Positions 27,132 through 42,752 of a DNA stretch of 64,000 nucleotides are shown in pieces (the first letter of the stretch is position 1; each line of letters opens with the position of its first letter). The DNA is taken from assembly GCF_006345805.1 (NCBI RefSeq), contig NC_043005.1, positions 71,238,001 to 71,302,000 of the forward strand, given 5' to 3'. The notes under the pieces were generated by a model. That model worked only from the letters and a program-made list of their open reading frames with translations, had not been told where the DNA came from and made no database searches. The stretch comes from Octopus sinensis. Taxonomy: Eukaryota. Made by a program: the position numbers and the translations under genes.

Positions 27132-29806
27132 TGTATAATGGTGCAAAATCCCCTCGTGACCCAGGGTAACGTGGCGGTGGAACAATGTGGTTGAGAGGGC
27201 TATTATAGAAAAGAAACAGGCTTAGAAGGACTGGAGGAACGGAGGTAGCAGGGAATTGTATCAGACTGCCAGAAGGGAAGCTTGGAGGCAGGTTTATTTA
27301 GCCAGAAGGGAAGCAGATAAGAAAAAAATTTGCCAATGTTCTGCACCGTGAGGACCAAAGACTTGAAGTATTTCGTGTTGCAAGACAGTGTGTAAGAGAG
27401 AATCGTGACATCGTAGGAGAGAAATGTGTTCGCATGGATGACAGGACAGTTCACTTGCACTAAATGAGGATGCAAAGAGAGAGATTTGGAGACACCACTA
27501 TGAAAGGTTGCTCAATAAAGAGAATGAATGCGAGAAAAAGAGTCTGCTGAATGTCGACCCAATAGAGGGACCAGCTATCCAAATTGACAGTACCTTGGTA
27601 GATAAAGCAATTAAGGGTATGAAGACAGGGAAAGCTTCCTGGCCCATCAGGAATCACTGCAGAGATGCTAAACATATCTGGCAGTGTCAGCTATAGCCTA
27701 GTTACCCATATAGTTAACCAGGTGATACACAAACGAGTCATACCCAATGACTGGTGTAGCAGCACCATAGTCAACTGCTACAAAAGTAAAGGTGACACTT
27801 TAGATACAAATAATTACAAAGGTATCAAGTTGTTGGATCAAGTAATGAAGGTCACGAAGAGGGCCATATCCCAACTAATTAGGGAGAGAGTCAGTTTAGA
27901 TGAGATGCAGTTTGGGTTTGTGCCAGGGAAAAGCACCACTGATGCTATATTTCAGATAAGACAGCTGCAGGAGAAATACCTAGCCAAATATAAACCTCTG
28001 TACCTGGCTTTCGTTGACATGGAGAAAACCTTTGACAGGGTCCCCTGATCCCTTATCTGGTGGTCAATGAGGAAACTAAGGATAAGTGAATGGTTAGTGA
28101 GAGCTGTGCGAGCTATGTACAGGGATGCCATCAGTAAGGTGAGGGTTGGCAAGGAGTGCACTGAAGAATTCAAGGTAGAGGTTGAGGTCCACCAAGTTTC
28201 AGTCCTCAGCCCCATCCTATTTATCATAGTCCTCCAGGCAATAACAGAGGAATTCAAGACACGGTGCCTCTGGGAGCTCCTCTATGCTGATGACCTTGCT
28301 CTAATTGCTGAGTCACTATCAGAACTAGAGGAGAAGTTTCTGGTGTGGAAGCAAGGATTAGAATCAAAGGGCCTTAGAGTCAACCTAGCTAAAACCAAAG
28401 TCATAATAAGTAGGAAGGCAGACAAACCACAAACCTTTTCAGGTAGAAGCTCTGCTCAATCAGTAGAAAAGGTGTAGGTAGAAACTCTATAAGATGTACC
28501 CAGTGTAAGCTATGGACACATAAGAGGTGCAGCAATTTCAAAGGAATGCTAATTAGGAAGATAGTTTTTGTATGTGGCAGATGCTCAGGAGCAATAAACA
28601 CTGAAAATGTGGAGAGAACAAATTCTGCCACATTCCAGGGAGAAAAACTAGAAGTAGTTGATAGCTTCCATTACCTAGGCGACCAAGTCAGTAGCTGGGG
28701 TGGGTGCACTGAAAGTGTAATTGCTAGAATAAGAATAGCCTGTGCAAAGTTCAGAGAACTCTTACCTCTACTGGTGACAAAGGCTTCTCACTCAGAGTAA
28801 AAGGCAGACTGTATGACGCATGTGTACAAACAGCCATGCTACATGGCAGTGAAACATGGGCTGTGACTGCTGAGGACATGCGTAACCTTGCAAGGACTGA
28901 AGCCAGTATGCTCCGCTGGATCTGTAAGTACCTTGAGAGATCTGTAAGTACCTTGAGAGAAAAGTTGGATCTAAGAAGCATCAGATGTGGCACAAGAGAG
29001 ATGACTGCCCTGATATGGTCATGTGGTAAGAATGGATGAGGACAGCTGTGTGAAAAGTGCCACACCCTTGTGATTGAGGGAACCTGTGGAAGAGGTAGAC
29101 CCAGGAAGACCTGGGATAAAGGTGGTGAAGCACTACCTTCAAACATTAGGCTTTACCGAGGCAACGCCTGGTGACCATGACCTTTGGATATATGCTGCAC
29201 TTGAGAAGACCCAGCAAGCAAGTTAGATCATAACCTGTGGGCTATGCCAGGAGTATAACTAGTTTACTTATGCATACCGTCCCTTCATTGGACATTAAAC
29301 TCTGCTTGCAAAGACCTATTGAGGCAAGTGAAATCGAAATCAAATTCGATGACAGCACTGCATGACTGGCACCTCTGCTAGTGGATCACTAAGAGCACCA
29401 TCTGAGTGTGATCATTGCCAGAGCAGCTGACTGGCTTCCATGCTGGTGGCACATAAAAAGCAACATTCAAACATGATTGTTACCAGCATCACCTCACTGG
29501 CACTTATGCCTATCGCACATGAAAAAATATTCGAGCTGTTGGACTGGTTCCTGTGCAGGTGACACATAAAAAACTCCATTTTCGAGGATGGCCGTTGCCA
29601 GTACCACCTGAGTGGCCCTAGTGCCAGTGGCATGTAAAAGCACCCACTACACTCTCGGAGTAGTTGGCATTAGGAAGGGCATCCAGTTGTAGAAACTCTG
29701 CCAGATCAGATTGGAGCCTAGTGCAGCCATCTGGTTTGCCAGTCCTTAGTGAAATCGTCCAACCCATGCTAGCATGGAAAATGTATGTTAAACGATGATG
29801 ATGATG
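27132..29806 (+). mobile_element. RTE LINE, 5'-truncated and degraded (RT and 3' UTR)
   Basis: QFGFVPGKSTTDAIF, FVDMEKTFDRVP, LWELLYADDLALIA; several frameshifts; UTR ends (gat)n. Confidence 0.93.
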
Positions 29807-29860
29807 TATGTAAGTATGTATATCTATGTATGTATGTATATATGTATGTATATATGTGTA

Positions 29861-29892
<32 letters not shown>

Positions 29893-29926
29893 AAAGTTGA
29901 GTTGTGGGGTATCGCACGAGTGGGAT

Positions 29927-30598
29927 TATATAAGAAAAAAGGTTTGAAAATGCAATTTAAACGATGTTTATTTACTTAACCGGTTTCACTCTTTGGTAAA
30001 AGATTGTCAAAAGTAACATTTAAGGAAACATTGAATAATATGGGTTCAAAAAAAGCTTTTTACATAATTGTCACATTGAATATTATGCATTCAAAAAAGT
30101 TTTTTACATAATTGTCACATTGGATATTACGAATTTAAAAATGTTTTTTTATACATAATTGTCACATTACATGTATAAATATAGTGTTTGGTAACAGAGA
30201 AGTTCAATAGTGTGATGAGAATATTTGGGAAAATTTGGCAGAAAAGGATAAAACAAATATATTATTGGGAATTGGTTGCGTTAATTATTGGTTGTCGCAA
30301 ATTGTCACATTACATGTATATATATACAGTCTTTGTATATATATACAGCCTTTTGACAGCAAAAATTAAAATGGATTTTTTATACATCTCAGAATATTTT
30401 AAGTTCAAGGCGAGAATATGTTTTTACTGACCTGTCGGTATTAGCAGAAAGGCTGAACTGAGAGAAAAGAAGAAGTAGCCAATGTGGTGTATACTTCCCC
30501 TTTATGCATGAATGATTTTGGGGTTATCAGGAGGTTAGTATGCGGGTGTGAATAGATGTGTCCGTGCCTGCTGGTCAGATAGCGTCTGTTTGTCACAC

Positions 30599-30629
<31 letters not shown>

Positions 30630-30812
30630 ACAACACACACACACACACACATAGTATACAAACACACACCACATACAAACAACACACACACATACACAGA
30701 ACACACACACCCACACACAACGCACCCACATATATCACATATACACACAGCACACAAATATAACATGTATCTATATATAATATACACAGATATATAACAC
30801 ACATACACACAC

Positions 30813-30843
<31 letters not shown>

Positions 30844-31685
30844 CACACGCACACATACATACATAATATAAATATCACACAAATACACCTAGCATATATA
30901 TACACATACAATACACACATACAGCATGTAAATAATACACATACACAATATATGCATGCAATATACATACGCAATACATACATATAATATATATATATAT
31001 AGACAATGCATATACATATATACATATATACATATAAATAGTGTTTACATACACATACAATAGATGTACCACATATACACACAACATACATACATACAAT
31101 GCATACACATACACGTACGCATACATATATATATACAAGCACACACACAAACATATACACATGCATACATATCACGCATGCATATACATGTATTCATGCA
31201 TATATAGCACACCTACAATATATATATATAATGCACACATACACACACATATATACACTTAATTGTACACATACATATACAATACACATACATACAATAT
31301 ACATATACACAATGCACATGCAAATAATGTACATGTTTATACACACATAAACATGCAAATAAATATACACACACACAATACATATACATATATATAAATA
31401 TATATATAACACATACATACATACATGCACATACATATATTTTTTCACACACATACACACACATATATATATATAAAAAATTCACTCCCCCACACACACA
31501 CAAATTACAAACCTATAGCGGACACACTCAAATATATCTCTACATACCGCACACACACACACAAACAAAGTACTAACATATACACACATACCATGCATAT
31601 ACACACACAACACACACACACATATATATATATATAAAAACAAATACACATGTAAATACATACACACGTACACAATGCTCACACA
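29927..31685 (-). repeat. Left inverted arm (pLTR-like) of the Penelope-like element
   Basis: Reverse complement of 33708-35476, including idiosyncratic CA/TA mosaic; few differences seen. Confidence 0.92.
29972..30016 (-). ncRNA. Minimal type I hammerhead-like motif, U3-A8 core
   Basis: ttactt-TTGACAA-tcttttaccaaagagt-GAAAC-cg-GTT-aagtaa. Confidence 0.65.
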
Positions 31686-32910
31686 AAAATACACAAGAGT
31701 CAAATTATCACAGAAGCTTGCAAAAAGTCCACTTCAACCTGCATCACTATACCACATCCCACTGATCTCAAACTGAGACCAATAGTGGCAGGCCCAAGTT
31801 GTGAAACACACAGACTTAGCAACTTTATAGATATCATCTTAAAGCCAATACTGAAACACATTCCAAGTATTGTAAGAGATGACCTGGACCTATTAAACCA
31901 TCTCCCCAAACATGCCGATAAAGACACCTTAATCGTTTCTTTTGATGTTATTAATCTTTACACCACAATCCCACATGAATATGGACTGGAAGCCATTAAA
32001 TTCTGGCTGGATAAATATCCCAATGAGATCCCGGAAAGAATTAAAAAAGAATTCATAATTGAGTGCCTCAAATTTATTCTGCAAAACAACTTCATGTATT
32101 TCCACAACAACACTTACAGACAGGTCTCAGGAACTGCAATGGGTACGAAAGTTGCACCTACCTATGCAAACCTGGTGATGGCCTACCTGGAATCACATAT
32201 CTATGAAAAATCCAAATATAAGTACGGCCAGTCTTTCCACAAATACCTGTTGGAGAACTGGAAACGCTACTTAGATGATTGCCTCATCCTATGGTCCCAC
32301 ACACTCGACCAACTTATAGACTTCAAAAACCTTATCAACAGTGTAAATAACAACATTCAATTCACAATGGAATATAGTCAGGACCAACTCCCTTTTCTTG
32401 ACATCCTAATCATTAAAAAAGGCGTCAACATTGAAACTGACATCCATTACAAACCCACTGACTCTAAACAATACCTTCTATTCACCTCCAATCACCCAAA
32501 ACACACAAAGACAAATATCCCCTTCAACCTAGCGAGAAGAATCTGCACTATTGTCTCAAATGACACAACACGAAATAGAAGACTCCGGGAACTAAGGGCA
32601 ATTCTTCTCGAAAGACATTACCCGGCATCACTAGTAGACAACGGAATAGAACGGGCCAAATCAATCAACATTCAAGACCTTCGAAAACCCAAACACATCC
32701 ACAGTACAGTAAATAGCCTCCCCTATCTCTCAACACACAACCCAAGGAATGCAGAAGCTTACACTATTATATACAACAACATTCCACAACTAAATCAAGA
32801 CCCACGCCTGAAAAAAATACTGGCAGCTCATAAAATAATAAAAAGTAAGAGACAACCTAAATCCCTAAAAAACCTCCTCACCAACGCAAAATTACACAAC
32901 ACAACCCACC
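31686..32910 (+). CDS. Penelope-like reverse transcriptase, 5'-truncated at the (P)KIHK motif
   Basis: KIHK..LKLRPIVAGP..SFDVINLYTTI..GTAMGTKVAPTYANL..RYLDDCLI..LPFLDILI..YKPTD..HPKHTK; no stops in frame. Confidence 0.92.
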
Positions 32911-32911
32911 G

Positions 32912-33322
32912 CCCACCATCAAAAAATGTGGTCGCCCCAACTGCAAGACCTGCATCCACCTCATTGAGGGATCGTCGTACAAGTTCCACTCGGGATACAC
33001 ATTCATCATAAAAAATAATTTCACGTGCGCATCAAAAAATTTACTCTACGTCATAAGGTGTGAAGGATGCCACGAAGACTACATAGGGCAAACGAGCCTT
33101 ACTCTCAGAGAAAGAATGACAGTTCACCGACAACAACTGAGGGACCCCTCCACAAGACAGATACCACTAAGTGGACACTTAGACCTTTGTGCACACAATA
33201 AGTCCCCCAAATTCTTAGTCTTCCCACTATACCAATGCTCGGACAACACCACAGACCAAACACGAATAAATAAGGAAAGTAATCTTATTCAAAAATACAG
33301 ACCACAACTAAACCTACTCTAA
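32912..33322 (+). CDS. Cys-rich linker and GIY-YIG endonuclease (continues the RT after a frameshift near 32910)
   Basis: KCGRPNCKTC...NFTCASKNLLYVIRCEGCHEDYIGQT..LRERM.VH...KESNLIQKYRPQLNLL*. Confidence 0.9.
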   Translation, partial: PTIKKCGRPNCKTCIHLIEGSSYKFHSGYTFIIKNNFTCASKNLLYVIRCEGCHEDYIGQTSLTLRERMTVHRQQLRDPSTRQIPLSGHLDLCAHNKSPKFLVFPLYQCSDNTTDQTRINKESNLIQKYRPQLNLL

Positions 33323-33707
33323 CATACCCCCTGGAAACACATCCAGAGCAAGCACACAGGGACGCGCGCACGCTCACAGCATATCGTGCGGACGGGCACA
33401 TGCGCGCATCGGCCCGCATAGGACACACTAGCGGGCATTGACCGCACACATACGTGGCATGCACACGCATGCATTATATATATGTAAGTGATGTATGTGT
33501 GTGAGTGTTGTGTGTGTGTGTGTGTGTGTGCACGTTGTGTGTGTGTGTGCGCGGGTGTATATATATGTGTGTGTGTGTGTGTGCACTGTGTGCGTGTGTG
33601 TGTATATATGTGTGTGTGCGCGCGCGTTGTGTGTGTGGTGTGTGTGCACGTGTGTATATATGTGTGTGTGTGTGTGTGCACTGTGTGCGGGTGTATGTGT
33701 GTGTGTG

Positions 33708-35570
<1,863 letters not shown>

Positions 35571-35582
35571 TATATATATATT

Positions 35583-38500
35583 GCGGACTACCTCATTGAC
35601 AAATGACAGTGACCTTCTCTTCGTGGCAGGTGATTTCAATGGACATGTTGGACGGCATGTCAGGGGCTTCCATGGCGTGCATGGAGGCTACGGTTTTGGC
35701 TCTCGTAATGAGGAGGGAACCAGGCTGCTGGAGTTCTGCGATGCAAATGACCTTATGGTCTGCAATACCAACTTCAGGAAACCCACTTCTCACCTAGTCA
35801 CCTACCGTTCTGGCAGACACACTAGCCAGATTGACTACATCCTTGCCAGAAAAAGGGAAAGAGGGCTGCTTATAAATGCCAAAACCTTTCCAGGCGAAGA
35901 ATGTACTCCTCAACATAGATTAGTAGTTAGCGACTTCAGGATCAGAGCTAAATGCTTGCCCAGAAGAAGACCTGCTTGGAGGAGAAGGGTCTGGAAGCTT
36001 AAAGATCCTGCAAATGGACAGAGATTTAGAGACATACTACTCGAAGCCTTTGACGAAATAGAAGAGGATATAGCTTCACTTAATGTGGAAAGCAACTGGA
36101 GATTTCTACGGGACAATCTGCTGACAGCCACTGACCAGATCTGTGGATGGAGCAAAGTACCGTCTCGACCCAGAGTAACATGGTGGTGGAACACTGTGGT
36201 TGACAGGGCTATTAGACAAAAGAGACAGGCTTGGAAGGACTGGAAGAACGGTGGTAGCAGGGAATTGTATCAGACAGCCAGAAGGGAAGCTAGGAGACAG
36301 GTTTATTTAGCCAGAGGGGAAGTGGATAAGAAAACATTTGCCAATGTTCTGAGCCGTGAGGATGAAAGACTTGAGGTATTTCGTGTTGCAAGACAGTGTG
36401 TGAGAGAGAATCGTGATGTGGTAGGAGAGAAGTGTGTTCGCATGGATGATGGTTCACTTGCGCTAAATGAGGATGCAAAGAGAGAGGTTTGGGAGATGCC
36501 ACTATGAAAGGTTGCTGAATAAAGAAAATGAATGGGATAAAGAGAGTCTGCCGAATGTTGAGCCAACAGAGGGACCAGCTATCCGAGTTGATAGTTCCGT
36601 GGTAGCTAAGGCAATTAGAAGCATGAAGACAGGGAAAGCCCCAGGCCCATCAGGAATTACTGCAGAGATGCTCAAAATATCTGTCGGCTATAACCTAGTC
36701 ACCCGTATAGTCAACCAGGTTATACACGAAGGAGTCATACCCAATGACTGATGCAGCAGCATACTAGTCAACTGCTACAAAGGTAAAGGTGATGCCCTAG
36801 ATACAAATAATTACAGAGGTATCAAGCTGTTGGATCAAGTAATGAAGGTTACGGAGAGGGTCATAGGCCAACTAATTAGAGAGAGAGTTAGTTTAGATGA
36901 GATGCAGTTTGGGTTCGTGCCAGGGAAAAGTACCACTGATGCTATATTCCTGGTAAGGCAGCTGCAGGAGAAATACCTAGCCAAAGATAAGCCCCTGTAC
37001 CTGGCTTTCGTTGACATGGAGAAAGCTTTTGACAGGGTCCCCTGATCCCTTATCTGGTGGTCAATGAGGAAACTAGGGATAGATGAATGGCTGGTGAGGA
37101 CTGTGCAAGCCATGTACAGAGATGCCGTAAGTAAGGTTAGGGTTGGCAACATGTACACAGAAGAATTCAAAGTAGAGGTTGGGGTCCACCAGGGTTCAGT
37201 ACTCAGCCCCCTCCTATTTATCATAGTACTCCAGGCAATTACGGAGGAATTCAAGACAGGCTGTCCCTGGGAGCTCCTCTACGCTGACGACCTTGCTCTT
37301 ATTGCTGAGTCACTATCAGAACTGGAGGAGAAGTTCCAGGTGTGGAAGGAGGGGGTTTAGAATCGAGGGGCCTTAGAGTCAACCTAGCTAAAACCAAAGT
37401 ACTAATAAGTAGGAAGGTAGACAATCCACAAATGTCTTCAGGAAGATGGCCCTGCTCGATCTGTAGAAAAGGTGTAGGTAGAAACTCTATAAGATGTACC
37501 CAGTGTAAGCTATGGACACATAAGAGGTGCAGCAATGTCAAAGGTAGGCTAACTGGGAAGATAGTTTTTGTATGTGGCAGATGCTCGGGAGCATTAACCT
37601 CCGAAAATCTGCAGAAAACAACTTCCGTCACTTTCCAGGGGAAAAAACTAGAAGTAGTTGATAGCTTCCGTTATCTAGGTGACCAAGTCAGTAGTGGGGC
37701 TGGGTGCGCTGAAAGTGTAAATGCTAGAATAAGAATAGCCTGGGCAAAGTTTAGGGAGCTCTTACCTCTGCTGGTGACTAAAGGCCTCTCGCTCAGAGTA
37801 AAAGGCAGACTGTATGATGCGTGTGTACGAACAGCCATGCTACATGGCAGTGAAACATGGGCCGTGACTGCTGAGGACATGCGTAAGCTCGTGAGGAATG
37901 AAGCCAGTATGCTCCGATGGATGTGTAATGTCAGTGTACATACTCGACAGAGCGTTAGCACCTTGAGAGAAATGTTGTACCTAAGAAGCATCAGTTGTTG
38001 TGTGCAAGAGAGACGATTGCGCTGGTATGGTCATGTGGCGAGAATGGATGAAGATAGGTGTGTGAGAAAGTGCCAATCCCTAGCAGTTGAGGGAACCCGT
38101 GGAAGAGGTAGACCCAGGAAAACCTGGGACGAGGTGGTGAAGCACAACCTTCGAACTTTAGGCCTCACTGAGGAAATGACCAGCGACCGAGACCTTTGGA
38201 AATATTCTGTACGTGAGAAGACCAGGCAGGACAAGTGAGCCCAGCCCACTTATGAATGCCTTTCCTCCCTTGGACACAAAGACCTGTTGAGGCAAGCGAA
38301 GTCGATATAGAACCTCATCCGACGACAGACACCCATGCCAACCCCCCCTGCTTGCGAAGACATGTTGGGGAAAGCGAAATCGAAATCGAAATCGAAACCG
38401 AATTGAACCAGCCAGGATCCCTGGTCTGGTGGTACGTAAAAAGCACTATCCGACTCGTGGCCGATGCCAGTGCCGCTTTGACTGGCTTCCGTGCCGGTGG

Positions 38501-38948
38501 CACGTAAAATACTCCAATCCGACCGTACGACAGGCACCCATGCCAACCCCCTTTGCTTGTGAAGACATGTTGGGGCAAGCGAAATTGAAATCGAAATCGA
38601 ATTGAACCAGCCAGGATCCCTGGTCTGGTGGTACGTAAAAAGCACTATCCGACTCGTGACCGATGCCAGCACCGCCTCGACTGGCTTCCGTGCCGGTGGC
38701 ACATAAAATACACCAATCCGACCGTGGTCGTTGCCAGCCTCGCCTGGCACCTGTGCAGGTGGCACGTAAAAAGCACCCACTACACTCACGGAGTGGTTGG
38801 CGTTAGGAAGGGCATCCAGCTGTAGAAACATTGCCAGATTAGACTGGAGCCTGGTGCAGCCTTCTGGCTTCCCAGAACCCCGGTCGAACCGTCCAACCCA
38901 TGCTAGCATGGAGAACGGACGTTAAATGATGATGATGATGATGATGAT
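35583..38948 (+). mobile_element. RTE LINE, 5'-truncated in the APE endonuclease; EN, RT and 3' UTR; 2 stops and 2 frameshifts
   Basis: VAGDFNGHVG..SQIDYIL..QHRLVV (APE); YRGIKLL, QFGFVPGKST, ELLYADDLALIA (RT); (gat)n tail. Confidence 0.95.
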
Positions 38949-39079
38949 ATATATATATATATAAATTGACAGAATGCGATAAAAGATCGAAGACTGTAAA
39001 TAGTTTACAGAACATTAATAAAGAGGTCTTACAGCTGTTTCCATGATACTTTATATATCCTTTTATTAGATAACTATGC

Positions 39080-39278
39080 ATTTGTGTGTGTATGTTTGTG
39101 TCTGTGTTTGTCTCCACACCATTACTTGACAACCAATGTTGGTGTGTTTACATCCCCATTACTTACAGGTCTGGTAAAAGAGATAGATAGAATAAGTACA
39201 AGCCTAAAAAAAATGATAAGACGGTGCTCCAGTATGACCACAGTCAAATGGCTGAAACAAGTAAAAGCATAAAAGAAT
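39080..39278 (+). mobile_element. SINE family A, 3' half
   Basis: Tail sequence recognisable. Confidence 0.75.
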
Positions 39279-40509
39279 ACGGTGAAAGGATGTTACACTT
39301 CTATACTTTAAATTGGAAAGGTAATTCATAGACTTCCTTTGTAACATATTGGAATAGAGTTCAGTGATGTAGCTAATATTCAAAGTACTTGACATAAAGG
39401 CAAAATTTTAGAAAACAGATTTTTGTGATTAATAATGAAATAAAAAAAGCTGTTGATAAAAGAATATTTGAACTTCTAGCTCATTGAGTTTCTGAAATAT
39501 CTGATTGGATACACAATCAATCAATTAAACAAACAAAATCAAAATGAAGAAACCTTTTATTTAATTTTAAATTTTGTGGTTAGTGATGTTGGTTTTTAGA
39601 AGAGAGTATGGATGCATAGTATAAAAATAAGCTTGGTTCCTAGAGCTATCACAGGAAGATTTATAAAAGTACAGTGCCAAATCAACATACATTCACACAG
39701 AAATGAAGTGGAAGATCTAAGGACACTTGATACAAATGTAAAGCCAAACAGACTGAAGAATTTCATAGGAGGAATATTTTCAACAACCAAATAAAATTTA
39801 TGTTATAACAAATACGAGAGATCTAACATTTCAGGAAGCCTCCTTCAACAGAGAGAAAGAGATATCAAGTGGTTTTAAAGGATGGATCACTTGGGGTGAG
39901 AGAGAGGGAGAGTGAAAGAGATTCTAAGTTTTAATGGATGGAGGCTGTAATGGTCAGGGAGAGGAGGAAATATAAGGAACATCAACAAGTTTCAAAACTA
40001 CCGAGAGATGGAAGAGAGATAAAGACATAGAAATGAGAGAGGGATACCTAGATTCAGACCCATATACATATGTATGGATGTAGCTATAAATGTGGTGTAC
40101 ACAGTTATATATTATGTATAAAAACTATACTAAACAAAACAAGAGCACTCAGAGAGCACAAACCTCTGCCAAAGTAACACCAGCATCCTCTCAATGAATA
40201 GCCAGAGATGATTTTTAAAATGAGAATATCTGAAACAAACTCGACTGCTCTCACAAATGAAAATACTAAAAATGAACCCAGCCGTTCTCAAAAATTAAAA
40301 AAACCGGAAAAATAATCCAGAAGATAATTTTCCTGTGTCTATGTTTTCTTTGGTTGTTTACTGTCAATTTAACGTGACAGTAGGGGATTACACCACCGCT
40401 GTTTAGCCCTAGGAAGCATCGATGCTTCCTGATGGCTTCGACACATTTATTCCTGTGTCCTTATATATTTACGAAGGGGAGACAAACACCCCCAGCAGCC
40501 AGGCCTGCA

Positions 40510-40557
40510 TCTAGAGACACACATGTTTCAGGATCTTTGTCCATCATCGGACTAGAG
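40510..40557 (-). ncRNA. Type I hammerhead-like motif (U4C change)
   Basis: tctagt-CCGATGA-tggacaaagatcct-GAAACA-tgtg-TGTC-tctaga. Confidence 0.6.
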
Positions 40558-41377
40558 TAGCAGAAGCCCGCCAGCCACAGATATCTGTCCCGACTTCGTA
40601 AATATATATATCTAATTTTCAGTGAAGTATATTCACTGATTACCAAAATCACAAATATTAAATTTCTAAATATCTCATAGAGATATGTACAGTGGTGGGG
40701 CGTACATATCTCTATGAGCACCCACTAATCCATATTAGTCATAAGGAAGAGGAGAAATCTAACATTTCACAGAGAATCCTTGATCACAAAAAAATAATAA
40801 TAGTAAATGCCCTGATGCAGTACCAGGCAGTGGCTCTCATGGCTTCTGATCTTAACTGATTGGAAGTGTAATCATGTACATTGTTTTGTCTTGGTAGAAA
40901 AGATGGGCTACAGCAAATATTCTGCTCAATACCACAGGTTTGCTTGTCAGTTGTTTGACCTTAACCAGTTGACCATGTCCATTGTGGCTGATGATATTTG
41001 CATCTCTGATCACGAGCAGAAGTAGTGGGGGAGCATCATAGCCATGTGTTGAGAGGGATTCTTTGGGGTTTGAATAATTCACCTCTGGAAACATGGGTGT
41101 TTCATTTAACATACTTAAACAACCCTTATTCAGGGACTTTTTGAGCAGGATGGGTTACTCAACCAGAAGAAAATTCTAACTGGGCCCCACCTGCAAGGTC
41201 ATGTGCTGTTTATCTTGATATGAGATCACCATGTCATGCATATATGTTTGTGATGCATGTACCTAGTGTAGCCTTATCAGATAGGTAGTCATGATGGGTA
41301 TACTGGGCTTTGTATATTTTACCCCAGTGTCACTTCAATGGCATGCGCTGCTCTCTCACTCAATAATAATAAATAAT

Positions 41378-41553
41378 AACATTGAAAAATACCTTAGGAA
41401 TGAGAACCCAGTTTCGAAATTTCTCCAAGACACCTGAAGAAGGCTGGAGGGTATATCAGCCAAAACATTGTGTTAACAACAAACAAAATGACGACAAATA
41501 TCCCCCAAATGTAAATAATGTACATAATTCCTCATCTCTTAAATATAGAACTG
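41378..41553 (+). mobile_element. Short repeat family H2 with hammerhead-like motif at 41429-41474
   Basis: gacac-CTGAAGA-a-ggctg gagggtatat cagcc-AAAAC-ATT-gtgtt; second copy at 51139-51293. Confidence 0.65.
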
Positions 41554-41837
41554 TCTTAAATGTTAAATTTTATTCTTAATTTGCCTAACAGAATGTTTTT
41601 TTTTTTATTTTACTTGATGTAATTGTCTATAAGAATGTATGCATGAATGTACATTGAATAAAAGGCAGAAAATACAAACTTTAGATATATCAATTTAATT
41701 AATTTTAATGGCTGTTTCATTGGGAATAAGCATAATTCCAAAGTTACATAATTAAAATATATAATTAATCAATATAAAGTAATTTCATTTCAATTAATTT
41801 CAAGCAATGTTCTTCCCAAATTATCAACAATACAACT

Positions 41838-42165
41838 TTAACCCTTCAATGTTTAAACTGTCATAGCCAATTCAAATAGTCTACCTGTTCAATGTTCAAA
41901 CCAACCAGATCTGGTCTCTGGCACCTACCCTACAGTGCCATTCTAAATCTTGAAGCTACAAAATAATGATTTCCTTCTTTATCAATTAGATTTCTTTGTT
42001 AAATGCATTACCAATTTATTCACATTGTTTTGAATTAATCGTGCATTATCTTGTACCTTCAAGATTTCGATGAGGGGATTATATATTTTAGAATGACATC
42101 ATAGAGTAAGTATGAGAGGTTAAAACTGACCGAATATGGTCAGTTTAGATGGTAAAGTGTTAAAC
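41838..42165. mobile_element. Two oppositely oriented partial copies of the ttaaccc-starting repeat
   Basis: Similarity to 18333-18490 and 19112-19177. Confidence 0.5.
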
Positions 42166-42666
42166 CAGCAACAGTTTACAGCTAGCATAGCTGGTAACAT
42201 TCCTGATGATTTGGGACAAATATGGCTTTCACTTAATTTAATTTGAATTCGTTTACATTAATTAATTATATATTATAATTATGCAATTATTGAATTATGC
42301 TTATTCCTAATGAAACAGCTGTTGAAAGTAATTGAATTATGATCTGTCTGTAAAATTTCTGGCTTTCTGCCTTGCATTCGAAACATTTCAAACAATGGTT
42401 TTAGCTGATTATGTGTATAAATGGGAACTTCTTCCATTGAATTTTCTTCAATATTATCACATATTGGAGATGAAAAATGTATTGTCAATTAAATTCTTAA
42501 TTACCATGGAAATATATGTTTTGATGTTTTATGCATTGTCTGTTTTGATAAGAATATAACATACACATCTATATATTTATATTAGCATGTAAGTATGGGC
42601 ATATATATATTACATCTTTGGCTTTCTATCTTTTTACAGTCATTTGACTGTTGCCATATATATCTA

Positions 42667-42752
<86 letters not shown>

